A stretch of DNA of 54,625 bases from a virus (Duplodnaviria > Caudoviricetes): positions 1-54,625 of the IMG/VR virus record IMGVR_UViG_3300008113_000089, one strand, 5' to 3'. How positions within the stretch are numbered: position 1 is the first letter of the stretch; the number at the start of each line of letters is the position of its first letter. Positions 38,801 to 46,929 of this stretch are shown here, one piece after another. The notes under the pieces are model-generated. The model searched no databases. It had not been told where the DNA came from and was given only the letters and a program-made list of their open reading frames with translations. A program made the translations under genes and the position numbers.

Positions 38801-41800
38801 GATTCTGTTTTTGAGTTATCGCCTTTGTATTCTAGATACCATGCCAAGCAACAAAGTGATCTTATCGAAGCCCGACGAAAAGAAGCGTCGAAGAAATCTA
38901 TTACAACAGAAGATGAAGAGTATTACAGTGAGTTTCCGAATACTAACAATCTGGAATTGGAAAGCGATGTCATATCTTTTCCTGATGGGCCACCACCGCG
39001 CCCAGATAATCTCGGCGATGACGTTGCTTATCAAGAAATTGATGATGCTGGTACTACGCCATCTAAGACTCCTAAAAAGGTAGGTTCCGGATACAAACTT
39101 CAAGGTTCGTTCCGTATGTCTGTTCCAACTTCCCAGTTGCGTCGATATCGTGAGGAAGTAAACAAGCTTGCTATTCAGCATGGCGTTGACTCGGAAGCAT
39201 ACCGAAAGGGTATGAAGAAGCTTGAGAAGGAATACCGTGAGCTTATCAGTCAGGCTAGTGCACAGGTTTTGGCAATCATCAACAAGATTGCTACCGAACA
39301 GCGACCTAACGTAACCGGCTATCAACAGAAGGATACGACTGCGGCACGTATTGGTTATGCAATCAAGTCAGTAGACCGCAACTTCAACAACCTGCCTAGA
39401 CCTTCTGGGGATACTCCGGATAATCGTCTTGGAACATACAAGATGATGTTCAATGCACTCGGCGAAGATTATTCGGTAGATGCATTCCGTGTAAGTAATC
39501 GTGCTCAACTCAAGACTGTTTTACAGAAGCAGTACAAGTACGATGCTACAAACGCTGATCGTATTTCAGAAGTAGTTGACCGCTTTGCTCGAGCATGGGC
39601 GTTCGACAAGATGCAGTCTATGGGATTCCGCCCAACTGAAATCGTTGAGATTACAGGTAAGCTTGCTGAGAACCTTCTTGAGGCAGGTGCTTACAACACA
39701 CCGTCATCAGATATGCTGTTTCAGCACTTCCCTGGTAAGACACCTAAGGAAACGAAACTTGTCGCACAGTACATGCGTGAGTTCTACGAAGACAGGTTTG
39801 CTGCATTCGGTGTTCTCGATGACGCATACGACTTTACTAAGAAGTTCCGTGGAGCAATCTTCCGTACAAACAAAGCCAAAGATGATGCAGTTCTCAATGT
39901 CATCGTAGGTTTTGCTTCCCGTGATGAGACCACAGGTATTCACGAAATAGCACACGCTCTCTTCCGTGGTATGGGTTACCCATTCCAAAAAGCAATTGCA
40001 GAAGCAATGGGTGTGAACTCAATGACACTTAAGGCAATGGCTAAGGAAGGTAAATTTCCTATCTGGGTAGAGGAGAAATGGGCAGCCGCATTCGAAGGTT
40101 CACTCCGTGCAGGTGTAGCACCGCAAGCCAAAGATGCAACTGACCCTACACGTCCACGTCAACAAGACCCAACATTATCGAAACTATGGATGGAACTTGG
40201 TGACTTCCTGACAGGTGCACGTAATGCAACAATCAAAAAACAGATTGCAAGTGGCGAGATACCTGAGTGGGGTAAAGATGAAAAGGGAACCAGATGGATT
40301 GCTAGATTTAAAGCAACAGACAAACTTTATACAGGTAATGAACTTGAACTTGAGAATGGTCAGTTCGTCACGGTAAAAGCAACGCAATCAGCAGCCGGTG
40401 AACCCGTACAGGTAGTTGATGTTGATAGCGGAAAAGTATCTACAGTATCTGTTGATGAAATCAAAAGATACTCAGGGCGTGTTCCATCTGGATTCAATGC
40501 AGCAACTCTTGACACGTTATCGACATGGCTTCGTAGTTACTACGGAAACACCGAGCGTAACATCCGCACCACACTGCCTGACATGGTTGCTGACTACAGC
40601 GGTGGTGAGGTAGACCTTGGACAACTCAGGGCTGAATCAACTAAGCTTCAGAAGGTAGCATTCCAAGAGGCAATGGATGAGCCTCGCTCACCACTGCTTA
40701 GCTCACTGTCTAAGATGAGTAGCGTACAGACTGGAATCAAGTCTCTGCTGGCAAACAATCGTTTAGAGATTGGTAACAAGGGCACAGTCAAGAACGCATA
40801 CGACAGATACGGTAAACCATCTAACTCATTCCGTTTACTGCGTGATGTCTACGGTTTTGATGGGAATACCGCAGCTGCCTACTACGCTCAAACTGAAACA
40901 CCTGAGTTTAAGAAGTGGTCTGAAAACCTACCACTCCTTGAAGCAGTAAACAGCATTCAGGTTTCGCCTGACATCGACATGAATAAGATGTCACCAGAAG
41001 AGCGTAGCAACTATCGTCGCTATGAAACTGGACACGAGCTTGCTAACCTTGCATCAGAAATCCTACGTGATGGAGCTGATGACAATGACGTTGATAAGTT
41101 TGTTGATTTAGCAGATCAGTACTATCGTAATGACGGACGTAGCCTGAAAGAAATCCGTAAGGCTGTTGAGCAAATCGTTAATGCTAATGAAGATGAAAAC
41201 GTACAGCAACTCATGTCGTTTGAAACATCTTTGCGACGAGAGCTGGAGACATCCACAGACTTTGAACAGGCACGTGAGGTTTCGGTTTCATCCGATGTCT
41301 ATCGGAATGCTGCACATACACCTCGTACAGGTAAGGGATTCGTCACTGTTTCCTTCCCTGCTATGGAGTCATCAAACCTCATCCGTACAAAGAACGGTGT
41401 GGTTCTTACCTCTGGCATTACCTCATTCGATGGTAACCGCCAAGGTGGTGAGTACATCAAGTTTAAAAACCCACAAGTTGTAAACCTTGAAGGGCAAGGT
41501 ATTGACCAGAAGAAACTCGACCGCATCATAGCAAACGCCACTAAGGCAAAGCGTGATGGTGTTGTACTGCTTAACCTACGCCACAGTAATACAGTCAACT
41601 CTGCATTGCATAACGTAGCAGTGCCAATCACACGCTATCCAACCAAGTCTATTGTTGCAGTACCAGGTGTTGACCTTGGTACATACTTCAGTGGTGGTGG
41701 AACGCTCGAGGCAAGCGTATACGAATCTGTATTCCCTAAGATTGCAGTTGAGTACAACGCTGAGATTGCATCTGTCTATCGTGCTAACCACGGTGACCAT

Positions 41801-44800
41801 GTACAGGTAAAGGACGTACAAGAGGTTGACCCTACTAGCCTGAAGGATGTTCAGTGGTTCCACGCATCACCAGTATGCAAGAACTTCTCTGATGCTAACC
41901 CGAATGCTATTGAGACTGTCCTTGACAAGAAAACTGGCAAGGCAGTTGTCGATGCTATTGATCATAGCCGACCACCAATCGTTACCATTGAGAATGTAGC
42001 CAAGTATCGTGAGAGTGAAAGCTTCACGGCTATCTTGGATGCACTCCGCCGTAATGGTTATGAGTTTGACTACGGTGTCTACAAGACATCTAAGTATGGC
42101 GGTGGTACAAGCCGACAACGATTAATTGTTCGTGCTGTACGTGGCTTTGCACTTCCTCCAATCATCAAGACTGATGCATCGCAGCGTACTTGGTATGAGT
42201 CAATCAAGGACATCATTGACACATTGCCAGTCAGTGAGCTCGCACCAAATCAGTTGCGTAAATTGGAAGCATCCAAGATTGACGTACGAGCAATGAAAAC
42301 ACCTGTTCTCTTTACGCAGAACAGTTACCATGCGGTTGGTATTACAGCCGATAAGGTATTCCCATCATTCACAACATCAGGCGGAACGTATCGTATCCTG
42401 ATGCCGGGTGGACAGGTACGTGCTATCACTGGTGTTGCATTCCGTAGGATGATGGGTCTTCCGGATGCATATCTGCTTCCAGAATCCGAGCCACTGGCAC
42501 GTAAGATTCTGGCTAACGGAGTACCAGCTGAACTGTCGCAAGTTATCATGGCTCCTCTTGCTGATGCATATGCACGGCATAACATGAGGCGTTTAGTCCA
42601 AGAAGAAATGCGCCGCATGGATACTGAAGAGCAAGCAGCATATCAAGAAGTAGATGATGAACCACGCAAAACCGTTTACATCATGCGTGGTGTATCGGGT
42701 AGTGGAAAAAGCACACTTGCTAATAAACTTGTTGGTAAAACTGGTCGCATATTTTCAACGGACAATTATTTTGTCAACGCTGAAACAGGACAATATAAGT
42801 TTGACCCAACAAAGATAAGTGAGAATCATTCCAAGAATCTAAATGCATTTGTCACGCAACTAGAAAACTCTGAGGGGACACAAACACCACTTATTGTTGA
42901 CAACACTAATATGCAACAATGGGAGTATGCTCCTTATGTTGAAGCAGCTCGTAAGTATGGATGGGATGTAGAGTTTGCTGAAATCGACCCACGAAAATAC
43001 ACCGATGCAGACATCAAGCAACTGGCAAAACGCAACAAGCATGGTGTATCGGAAGACGTAATTCGCCAAATGATTTCTCGTTATGAGCCACGGGATACCG
43101 GAGGTGATGTTGCTTATCAAGAAGATGGTAAGAATCGCCGTGTATCTAATGCGGCCATGCTTTCCTATGTTGCTCAAACGGCAAACATTTCTGAATCTGA
43201 CGTACAGAAGTTGATTGATGATGGTTCTTTACCAAAGCCAATTGACGGCTATTACGACCCAATTACATTCCGTGCTTTGCAAGCAAGAGTATCTGTTGCT
43301 GTAAGAACGGGCAAAGACGGTAAGTTGAATTGGGATAATGCAGTAAAGTTTGTTCCAATCATCCGGGATTTGAACAAGAAACAAATCCCATTCGATACAG
43401 ATGGCGCTCTGGAATTCTCTGAACTTGTTCATTGGTTAAAGACTCGCAAGGGTGAGTTGTTCCCAATGCCAAATATAAGAGGTGAAAAGATTACCGTGGA
43501 GCGAATGATTAGAACGTTTACCAACTCTAATGTTGCTCCGTCTGAATACGTTGTTGGCGGTGACCGCTCTGGTCTGATGTATGACCCACGTATCCTTTCC
43601 GCTCTTGAGACATATACTAATATGCGACACAACGGTTATGCTGTTGAGTTCATCAAGGGTGTACTGAATCCAGAAGGTGAACAACGGACATTGGAGGGCG
43701 GTGTCGGAGTCAAGGAGTTCTTGGAGATACTCAATTCTGGTAGAGATAAGCCAATAACTCAGGACATCATCACTAACTGGCGAGTTAAAGGTGGCTACAT
43801 CCCAGCAATGCTTAATGACCCGGCACATGGAGTAGGCAAACTATTCACGCCTGATCACTTATTAATTGCTGAAAAGATTGCCGACCTAATTGACTCAGGA
43901 GTTAGTCAGTCAGTTACTAAAGGTCAATTGAAGGCGCGATTAATTGCGGACCCTGAATACGTCGAGGCATTTACTCGTATCGTTACCCATCCTTGGTATC
44001 AATCAACTTCGACAACTACGATGGCATCTATCAAAGAAGCCAAACCGATTATGCGTATGGCAGATGTCATTGCCGCCATTGCAAAAGAAGTTGAACCTAA
44101 TAAGTTCACAGTTGCAAATTACCAAGCACTTGAACGCAGTGGAAATATTCCAAAGGGTCTCAAGCCAAGTGATGGAACGACACGCCGACAGTACAACGAT
44201 GACTATGTCAAACTTGCAGTCATGGCACTCAATCCTAAGTATAGAGGTAAGACTGCTGAGTTCAGAAAGCAAGATCCTGAATACCTAAAGCTTTGGAACA
44301 AGATTAATGACGCAGTCAGAAATTCTGAATCTGGTTCTGAGGAAGCAGCATACCAAGAAGCAGATGACTTGTTCCCATCGCAACGCCGTACGGTCGAAAC
44401 GTCCGACATGCCGGGTGCACCAATGTACGTCGAGCGTATCCGTCCAAAGCAACTCCCTCCACGCAATGCATGGTTCTGGGGTGCGATTGACTTGTACAAC
44501 GACATCACCCGCCTCCCACTCTCTGGTGACCTTGCATTCCAAAACCTTCAGGGTGGAATCATTGGTTTGAGCAATCCACTTGTTGGTCTCAAGGCATTCA
44601 AGGCTGGTCTACAAGGCTTTGCTCCGAACATGCAAATTGAGGTCAATGGTCAGTTGTATGGTAGTCGTAAGTTTGGACGTGAAACCTACCACGCAGCCGG
44701 TGAAGCTATGCGCCGTAACCCAATGTACAAACTGGCTAAGGAAGCTGGTCTTCCTCTGGCTATGTTTGAGATTGACGCTCGGCTACAAGAAGCACGGGAG

Positions 44801-46150
44801 ATTGAACTACACAACCTGAAGATGACCAATCCAAACGCAACGATGAAGGATGTCAAGATTGGCTTGATGGACATCGATGAACTAGGTACGGTCGATGAGT
44901 GGTACAGCAAGAACCGTATCACTCGGCACTTGCCAATGCAGGGACAGTTTGAGCGGTTCAATAGTCTGGTACATGACACACTGCTTCTTACGCAGTTTGA
45001 TAACTGGGTAAAGGTATTGATGTCCAAGGGATATCAGCCAAACACTGCAATGTTCAACAAGGCACTCAAGGATGCGGCCCGTGTCTTAGCTGTATCAGTT
45101 GGTGATATCAAGTACTCAACCAATCCGGAGACTGACGCAGCTGCATCACGCATTGCTAAAATCTTCTTCACCGCTCCTCGGTGGTTGATGAGCCGTGCAC
45201 TTATTGACCCATTCATCAACCAGATGGTGAGCAATAGCAGTATCTTTGCAAGGTTGCGTGAAATCATGGGTGAAGACAACCCTGCATTCAACTTGTACAA
45301 CGGTGATAAGGAAGTTGCTAAACTTGGACAGAGTATGTGGCTCCGCATTGCCGGCCTCGAAGCAATGCTTGCAATCATGGCATGGGTGTTCTCTAACTGG
45401 TATCCAGATACAGAAGTAAACACCGACATTCAGCCCGGACGCATCCGTATTGGTGACTTCCAAATCGACCCAATGGCAGGTTTGATTGACCACTACAAGT
45501 TGGCTGGACGGCTTGCAAAGGCTGTGTTTAGTGTTGACCCACGAGACGCATCTAGGGCTGAGAAAGAAGGCATTCCACAGTGGATGATGGCTGTCAAGGA
45601 CATCAGTAAGGAACTGAGTTACAAGGCATCACCTGGTATCACATTCCTTCAGGCTATCAGTGGAACAAACGACCTCAAGGCACAGGCGGATAACTTCTTT
45701 ACTGCTCCTTGGGAAGCCAAAGCAATCAACGTAGTTGGCGAGCCATTGTTTGAACGCAGTGCGTCAGCCAAGATTTTCTACGACATGATTAAGCCGCGAT
45801 TGCGTGAACTCTTCGGTGATGCTGTAGCGGATGACATCCCAATCAGTAACATGATGATGGATCGTATTCCGATGGCTCTTCCCGGATTCATTGACTCGTT
45901 TGCTTCAGCCAAGGAATATAACCGTGACCCATGGGTGTATGCACTAGCTGATACGATTCCGAACTTCTTCGGATTCAAGGTTGACGTTATGCCAACTGAA
46001 GCCCGTAAAGACAGAGCCAAGAACAAGAATATGTCAACCGCAGAGGATTCACCAACCCTACTCCGGTTGCTTGCCGAAGGTAGAGCAAGTGAAGCATTCA
46101 CTGGTACAGTGAAAGCATCACCTCCGTCAGGAAATGTAAACCCTTGGTAA
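32855..46150 (+). CDS. giant polyvalent virion/ejection protein (4431 aa): GTxWC/PcfJ-like, zincin metallopeptidase, degenerate ART-like, C5 DNA MTase, N4BP2-like kinase, 4x MerR-like HTH
   Basis: CAGTVWCVAG (~36690); HEIAH (39941-39955) plus EEKWAAAFE; QTETPEFKKW, YIKFKNP and RDGVVLLN; FSGGG, SPVCKNFS, ENV, RQRL and NGVP; GVSGSGKST, DNTN and RNKHGV; A[YF]QE linkers between modules. Confidence 0.88.
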   Translation: MDSNSRFSVKGSNPVRDYQGLKERKGRYAPNSKEDVRAKLGEGGKYDDILLTNDYANLKAFALEKGFITRGEAESIAKHKANRVASLIAEGKANQFAGREYRPDLSPEAAQTKRQNIGAEYAAQAPIERQKDIELLGKMGYTPEDVQKFGTDRSGFIPQGVPIIGGNEVPIASQSFWQDPMRNLGISAYQGGVGLGATAEGMVAPARALATRFTGGDPTQFYAPNENPLVEAGTIFGSNAAESAAGFPARYAGMRIGGELGFKGGMALSGGNPLWGGVGAVAGGMLGQLGMGHAMETLNDAAMNLILGRENAARLQQRKQEMSAQYPLAARIGEELPDLAMFGPSFKVKGFSGKAARQGFKQAGMKGLRQGVVDSTEFAGDLAERGGESALNMVLAYKQSEDEKKLGMPGKSAWDILAEGALGAVMQGDTRVGRAVYGGLNRLTSPQMIQQSIERTAPGAMPMSPAVDTGSAMRPGMRRFNLGGRIESGVDEDGSPIIKGARYAIYDPEARKAQVYTDNDFALEGARTRKAAQSLQGTQNIFKRQPVIQYDDTVVGGQRQILGITRDAGVLVRDYTKDGKSAISAVPLSEIRNAKISKRINEVIENQGVRPNSRPAPFMPEAFTNFNPVAFPDTVSLTTDSEPIPARVVERIGGKTDASYIVALPDGTHFRAHESQINVDKFTGGEHIIRGAMKDTDFPRSLADLAPKRGGLDGLVRIGEGSDAPFVELTPTQRKDYQAVATKYQADIDAIKREPDKTRRSQMLDIVQGKIANEYLATNPIAPPTGTWKEGDVVDVNLSQTKFAGKPQTAIVTDVNDYGYAVRLVDHPNVGTFTVQDANVMGEAVPDVPTARSNKGVKSLAAGRISTERSTATGRDGVPAVTRGYASTGMAATDVATVSDKAKHVDYVELPEDVQQSIQKRFKKAVDDGEITAGNSIDFVETTKDGQVHGQIHVHALDNMTFQVVATNFPEGGGAIKDQYVSSYNVRYNPETDMWDVYSVDPDTARRMSESDEAAYMAISHLKNVAPVEQDVENWDVQNVPKATQRQILNTYLDAVNVKFPIKPEYKTSDDFSTLLDATEYDIMDGKFITPFDVSAFNPRHYYVDVWTNEQLDMTDPYQYARASDVGRDIYDKFSKGDTHLIGGLINERRKEALKALDTYLYKNIDRSNWTRPEHQLFLLMASKHAVKTELDANKNVILKLTEISKNNEVLPASYTQVDYDAFVKALRSGIAPKKAFLASAEYAQQQNIANRNVPVHGWKTYPQSDSKENHAELSRDCAGTVWCVAGTDMAAHYMSQGDFYVYFDNSKPTVAYCGTYRNIVEPPRGTKYSSQAVTAHEQQIALQHMADNGIAPDYKDDVAATKAAYDIMMGNGTTEDVDKVKKRQARLYSSEDKDTPSSILKKLEATNTPKVDWTSTAFRNRYNRQGGGKTQLEVITELPNFRTNYENLLSDPEGVKYTIDDVQSISVRNEADINTLAELYQKHIASKELKHSIVVHMWNNQFDNFGTNLYEIQQGAYVDQKVIDDIYKKDSKQGLNASAFNNDFSWAEFPSHAAPVINIDGKDETQTLKVNEKSTYAILNNAEYLKVELTPYSGGGQFIGFASPVFVNANNNQQINVTADFKPTIRFKPRAINGHVSITNIPTETLTFDIADAVLADSTNTYTRITANPWATGVATIINSTPEQTRIGEVDFTASDARLIYQPFQNPEPLEIDEYKGDLTSISNSEVRHYVAMMEDFSVDGKVDTIYMNGRKHNVTSGLRADVRKFRIGDPDSRITIDVHNDYHTTYIETDETSTTPLRDQGNLTLRLTGEKPHVFLQNDGVFHNLQINSVNPPDITHVFDVNGMDTFVTGTWGDDGFNIKADVYAQLRGGKSIKALAQSLTRFGVDYISADQLLFIKSIRQMVTAQFSVSKTLQADVFNTYLNNYDTSNIHIEAFDRLGRLDADSVRALLTAEIAPVEQFKSVSDLAKQDPTRVATIKLQDSVFELSPLYSRYHAKQQSDLIEARRKEASKKSITTEDEEYYSEFPNTNNLELESDVISFPDGPPPRPDNLGDDVAYQEIDDAGTTPSKTPKKVGSGYKLQGSFRMSVPTSQLRRYREEVNKLAIQHGVDSEAYRKGMKKLEKEYRELISQASAQVLAIINKIATEQRPNVTGYQQKDTTAARIGYAIKSVDRNFNNLPRPSGDTPDNRLGTYKMMFNALGEDYSVDAFRVSNRAQLKTVLQKQYKYDATNADRISEVVDRFARAWAFDKMQSMGFRPTEIVEITGKLAENLLEAGAYNTPSSDMLFQHFPGKTPKETKLVAQYMREFYEDRFAAFGVLDDAYDFTKKFRGAIFRTNKAKDDAVLNVIVGFASRDETTGIHEIAHALFRGMGYPFQKAIAEAMGVNSMTLKAMAKEGKFPIWVEEKWAAAFEGSLRAGVAPQAKDATDPTRPRQQDPTLSKLWMELGDFLTGARNATIKKQIASGEIPEWGKDEKGTRWIARFKATDKLYTGNELELENGQFVTVKATQSAAGEPVQVVDVDSGKVSTVSVDEIKRYSGRVPSGFNAATLDTLSTWLRSYYGNTERNIRTTLPDMVADYSGGEVDLGQLRAESTKLQKVAFQEAMDEPRSPLLSSLSKMSSVQTGIKSLLANNRLEIGNKGTVKNAYDRYGKPSNSFRLLRDVYGFDGNTAAAYYAQTETPEFKKWSENLPLLEAVNSIQVSPDIDMNKMSPEERSNYRRYETGHELANLASEILRDGADDNDVDKFVDLADQYYRNDGRSLKEIRKAVEQIVNANEDENVQQLMSFETSLRRELETSTDFEQAREVSVSSDVYRNAAHTPRTGKGFVTVSFPAMESSNLIRTKNGVVLTSGITSFDGNRQGGEYIKFKNPQVVNLEGQGIDQKKLDRIIANATKAKRDGVVLLNLRHSNTVNSALHNVAVPITRYPTKSIVAVPGVDLGTYFSGGGTLEASVYESVFPKIAVEYNAEIASVYRANHGDHVQVKDVQEVDPTSLKDVQWFHASPVCKNFSDANPNAIETVLDKKTGKAVVDAIDHSRPPIVTIENVAKYRESESFTAILDALRRNGYEFDYGVYKTSKYGGGTSRQRLIVRAVRGFALPPIIKTDASQRTWYESIKDIIDTLPVSELAPNQLRKLEASKIDVRAMKTPVLFTQNSYHAVGITADKVFPSFTTSGGTYRILMPGGQVRAITGVAFRRMMGLPDAYLLPESEPLARKILANGVPAELSQVIMAPLADAYARHNMRRLVQEEMRRMDTEEQAAYQEVDDEPRKTVYIMRGVSGSGKSTLANKLVGKTGRIFSTDNYFVNAETGQYKFDPTKISENHSKNLNAFVTQLENSEGTQTPLIVDNTNMQQWEYAPYVEAARKYGWDVEFAEIDPRKYTDADIKQLAKRNKHGVSEDVIRQMISRYEPRDTGGDVAYQEDGKNRRVSNAAMLSYVAQTANISESDVQKLIDDGSLPKPIDGYYDPITFRALQARVSVAVRTGKDGKLNWDNAVKFVPIIRDLNKKQIPFDTDGALEFSELVHWLKTRKGELFPMPNIRGEKITVERMIRTFTNSNVAPSEYVVGGDRSGLMYDPRILSALETYTNMRHNGYAVEFIKGVLNPEGEQRTLEGGVGVKEFLEILNSGRDKPITQDIITNWRVKGGYIPAMLNDPAHGVGKLFTPDHLLIAEKIADLIDSGVSQSVTKGQLKARLIADPEYVEAFTRIVTHPWYQSTSTTTMASIKEAKPIMRMADVIAAIAKEVEPNKFTVANYQALERSGNIPKGLKPSDGTTRRQYNDDYVKLAVMALNPKYRGKTAEFRKQDPEYLKLWNKINDAVRNSESGSEEAAYQEADDLFPSQRRTVETSDMPGAPMYVERIRPKQLPPRNAWFWGAIDLYNDITRLPLSGDLAFQNLQGGIIGLSNPLVGLKAFKAGLQGFAPNMQIEVNGQLYGSRKFGRETYHAAGEAMRRNPMYKLAKEAGLPLAMFEIDARLQEAREIELHNLKMTNPNATMKDVKIGLMDIDELGTVDEWYSKNRITRHLPMQGQFERFNSLVHDTLLLTQFDNWVKVLMSKGYQPNTAMFNKALKDAARVLAVSVGDIKYSTNPETDAAASRIAKIFFTAPRWLMSRALIDPFINQMVSNSSIFARLREIMGEDNPAFNLYNGDKEVAKLGQSMWLRIAGLEAMLAIMAWVFSNWYPDTEVNTDIQPGRIRIGDFQIDPMAGLIDHYKLAGRLAKAVFSVDPRDASRAEKEGIPQWMMAVKDISKELSYKASPGITFLQAISGTNDLKAQADNFFTAPWEAKAINVVGEPLFERSASAKIFYDMIKPRLRELFGDAVADDIPISNMMMDRIPMALPGFIDSFASAKEYNRDPWVYALADTIPNFFGFKVDVMPTEARKDRAKNKNMSTAEDSPTLLRLLAEGRASEAFTGTVKASPPSGNVNPW

Positions 46151-46929
46151 ACGAATACGGAAAACGCTTCGTCGAACTGGCATCTAAGTATGTCGGCGTA
46201 ACCGAAGAGCCACTAGGTAGCAACCGTGGCAAACTTATCGACCAATGGAACACCGCAGTAGGTGTTCCAGTTGGTTCATTCTGGTGTGCAAGTTTCGTAA
46301 GTGCAGTTGTACGTGACTTTGAAAAGTTAGGTATTGACTTCCCTTTACAGCAATCAGCAAGTTGTGATGTATGGCTGAAGCAAGCCAAATACAATGCAAT
46401 CACGTCGATTCAACCAACTACCGGCGCACTGTTTCTCATCTGCCCATCTCCAAACGATGCTACTCATATCGGTATCGTCGGCAATAAAGTAGATGGTGTA
46501 TGGCATACCATTGAAGGCAATTCCAATATGGGTGGCAGTCGCAATGGATACGCCGTAGTCAACAGACCCAACGGTATCAAACGCAATAACATCATCTATG
46601 TGAACTGGATGAATCGCATCGATGAATCTGACAATACGCCTTGGCATGTCGTATTCCCGAATAAGACCATTGAGGCAGTCAATGTAAGTGGAGCAACTTA
46701 CATTCCATTACGAGCAGCTATCGTAGCCTGTGATGGGGACGATAGCCTACTCACATACGATGGACAACCACTGTACAGAGGGAAGAAGATTCCATGTAAA
46801 TTGGTTGTCCTAAATGGCAAGACTCATGTGTTGGTGCGAGAGTTTATGAACTACGCCGACTTGGAGTTTGATGTCTACCCTGCCACACAAACTATCAAGG
46901 TGATGCCAGATGACTTACCTTGGGTCTAG
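46144..46929 (+). CDS. endolysin: CHAP peptidase with C-terminal copper-amine-oxidase N-terminal-like cell-wall domain
   Basis: FWCASFVS, HIGIV and TIEGNS catalytic motifs; GATYIPLRA and GKTHVLVREF repeats. Confidence 0.85.
   Translation: MVNEYGKRFVELASKYVGVTEEPLGSNRGKLIDQWNTAVGVPVGSFWCASFVSAVVRDFEKLGIDFPLQQSASCDVWLKQAKYNAITSIQPTTGALFLICPSPNDATHIGIVGNKVDGVWHTIEGNSNMGGSRNGYAVVNRPNGIKRNNIIYVNWMNRIDESDNTPWHVVFPNKTIEAVNVSGATYIPLRAAIVACDGDDSLLTYDGQPLYRGKKIPCKLVVLNGKTHVLVREFMNYADLEFDVYPATQTIKVMPDDLPWV

Noticed and set aside
7399-46647. Many short antisense and alternative-frame ORFs in the structural region
   Set aside because: Shadows of the + strand genes, with no RBS or motifs, unlike the nested ORF at 6141-6620.
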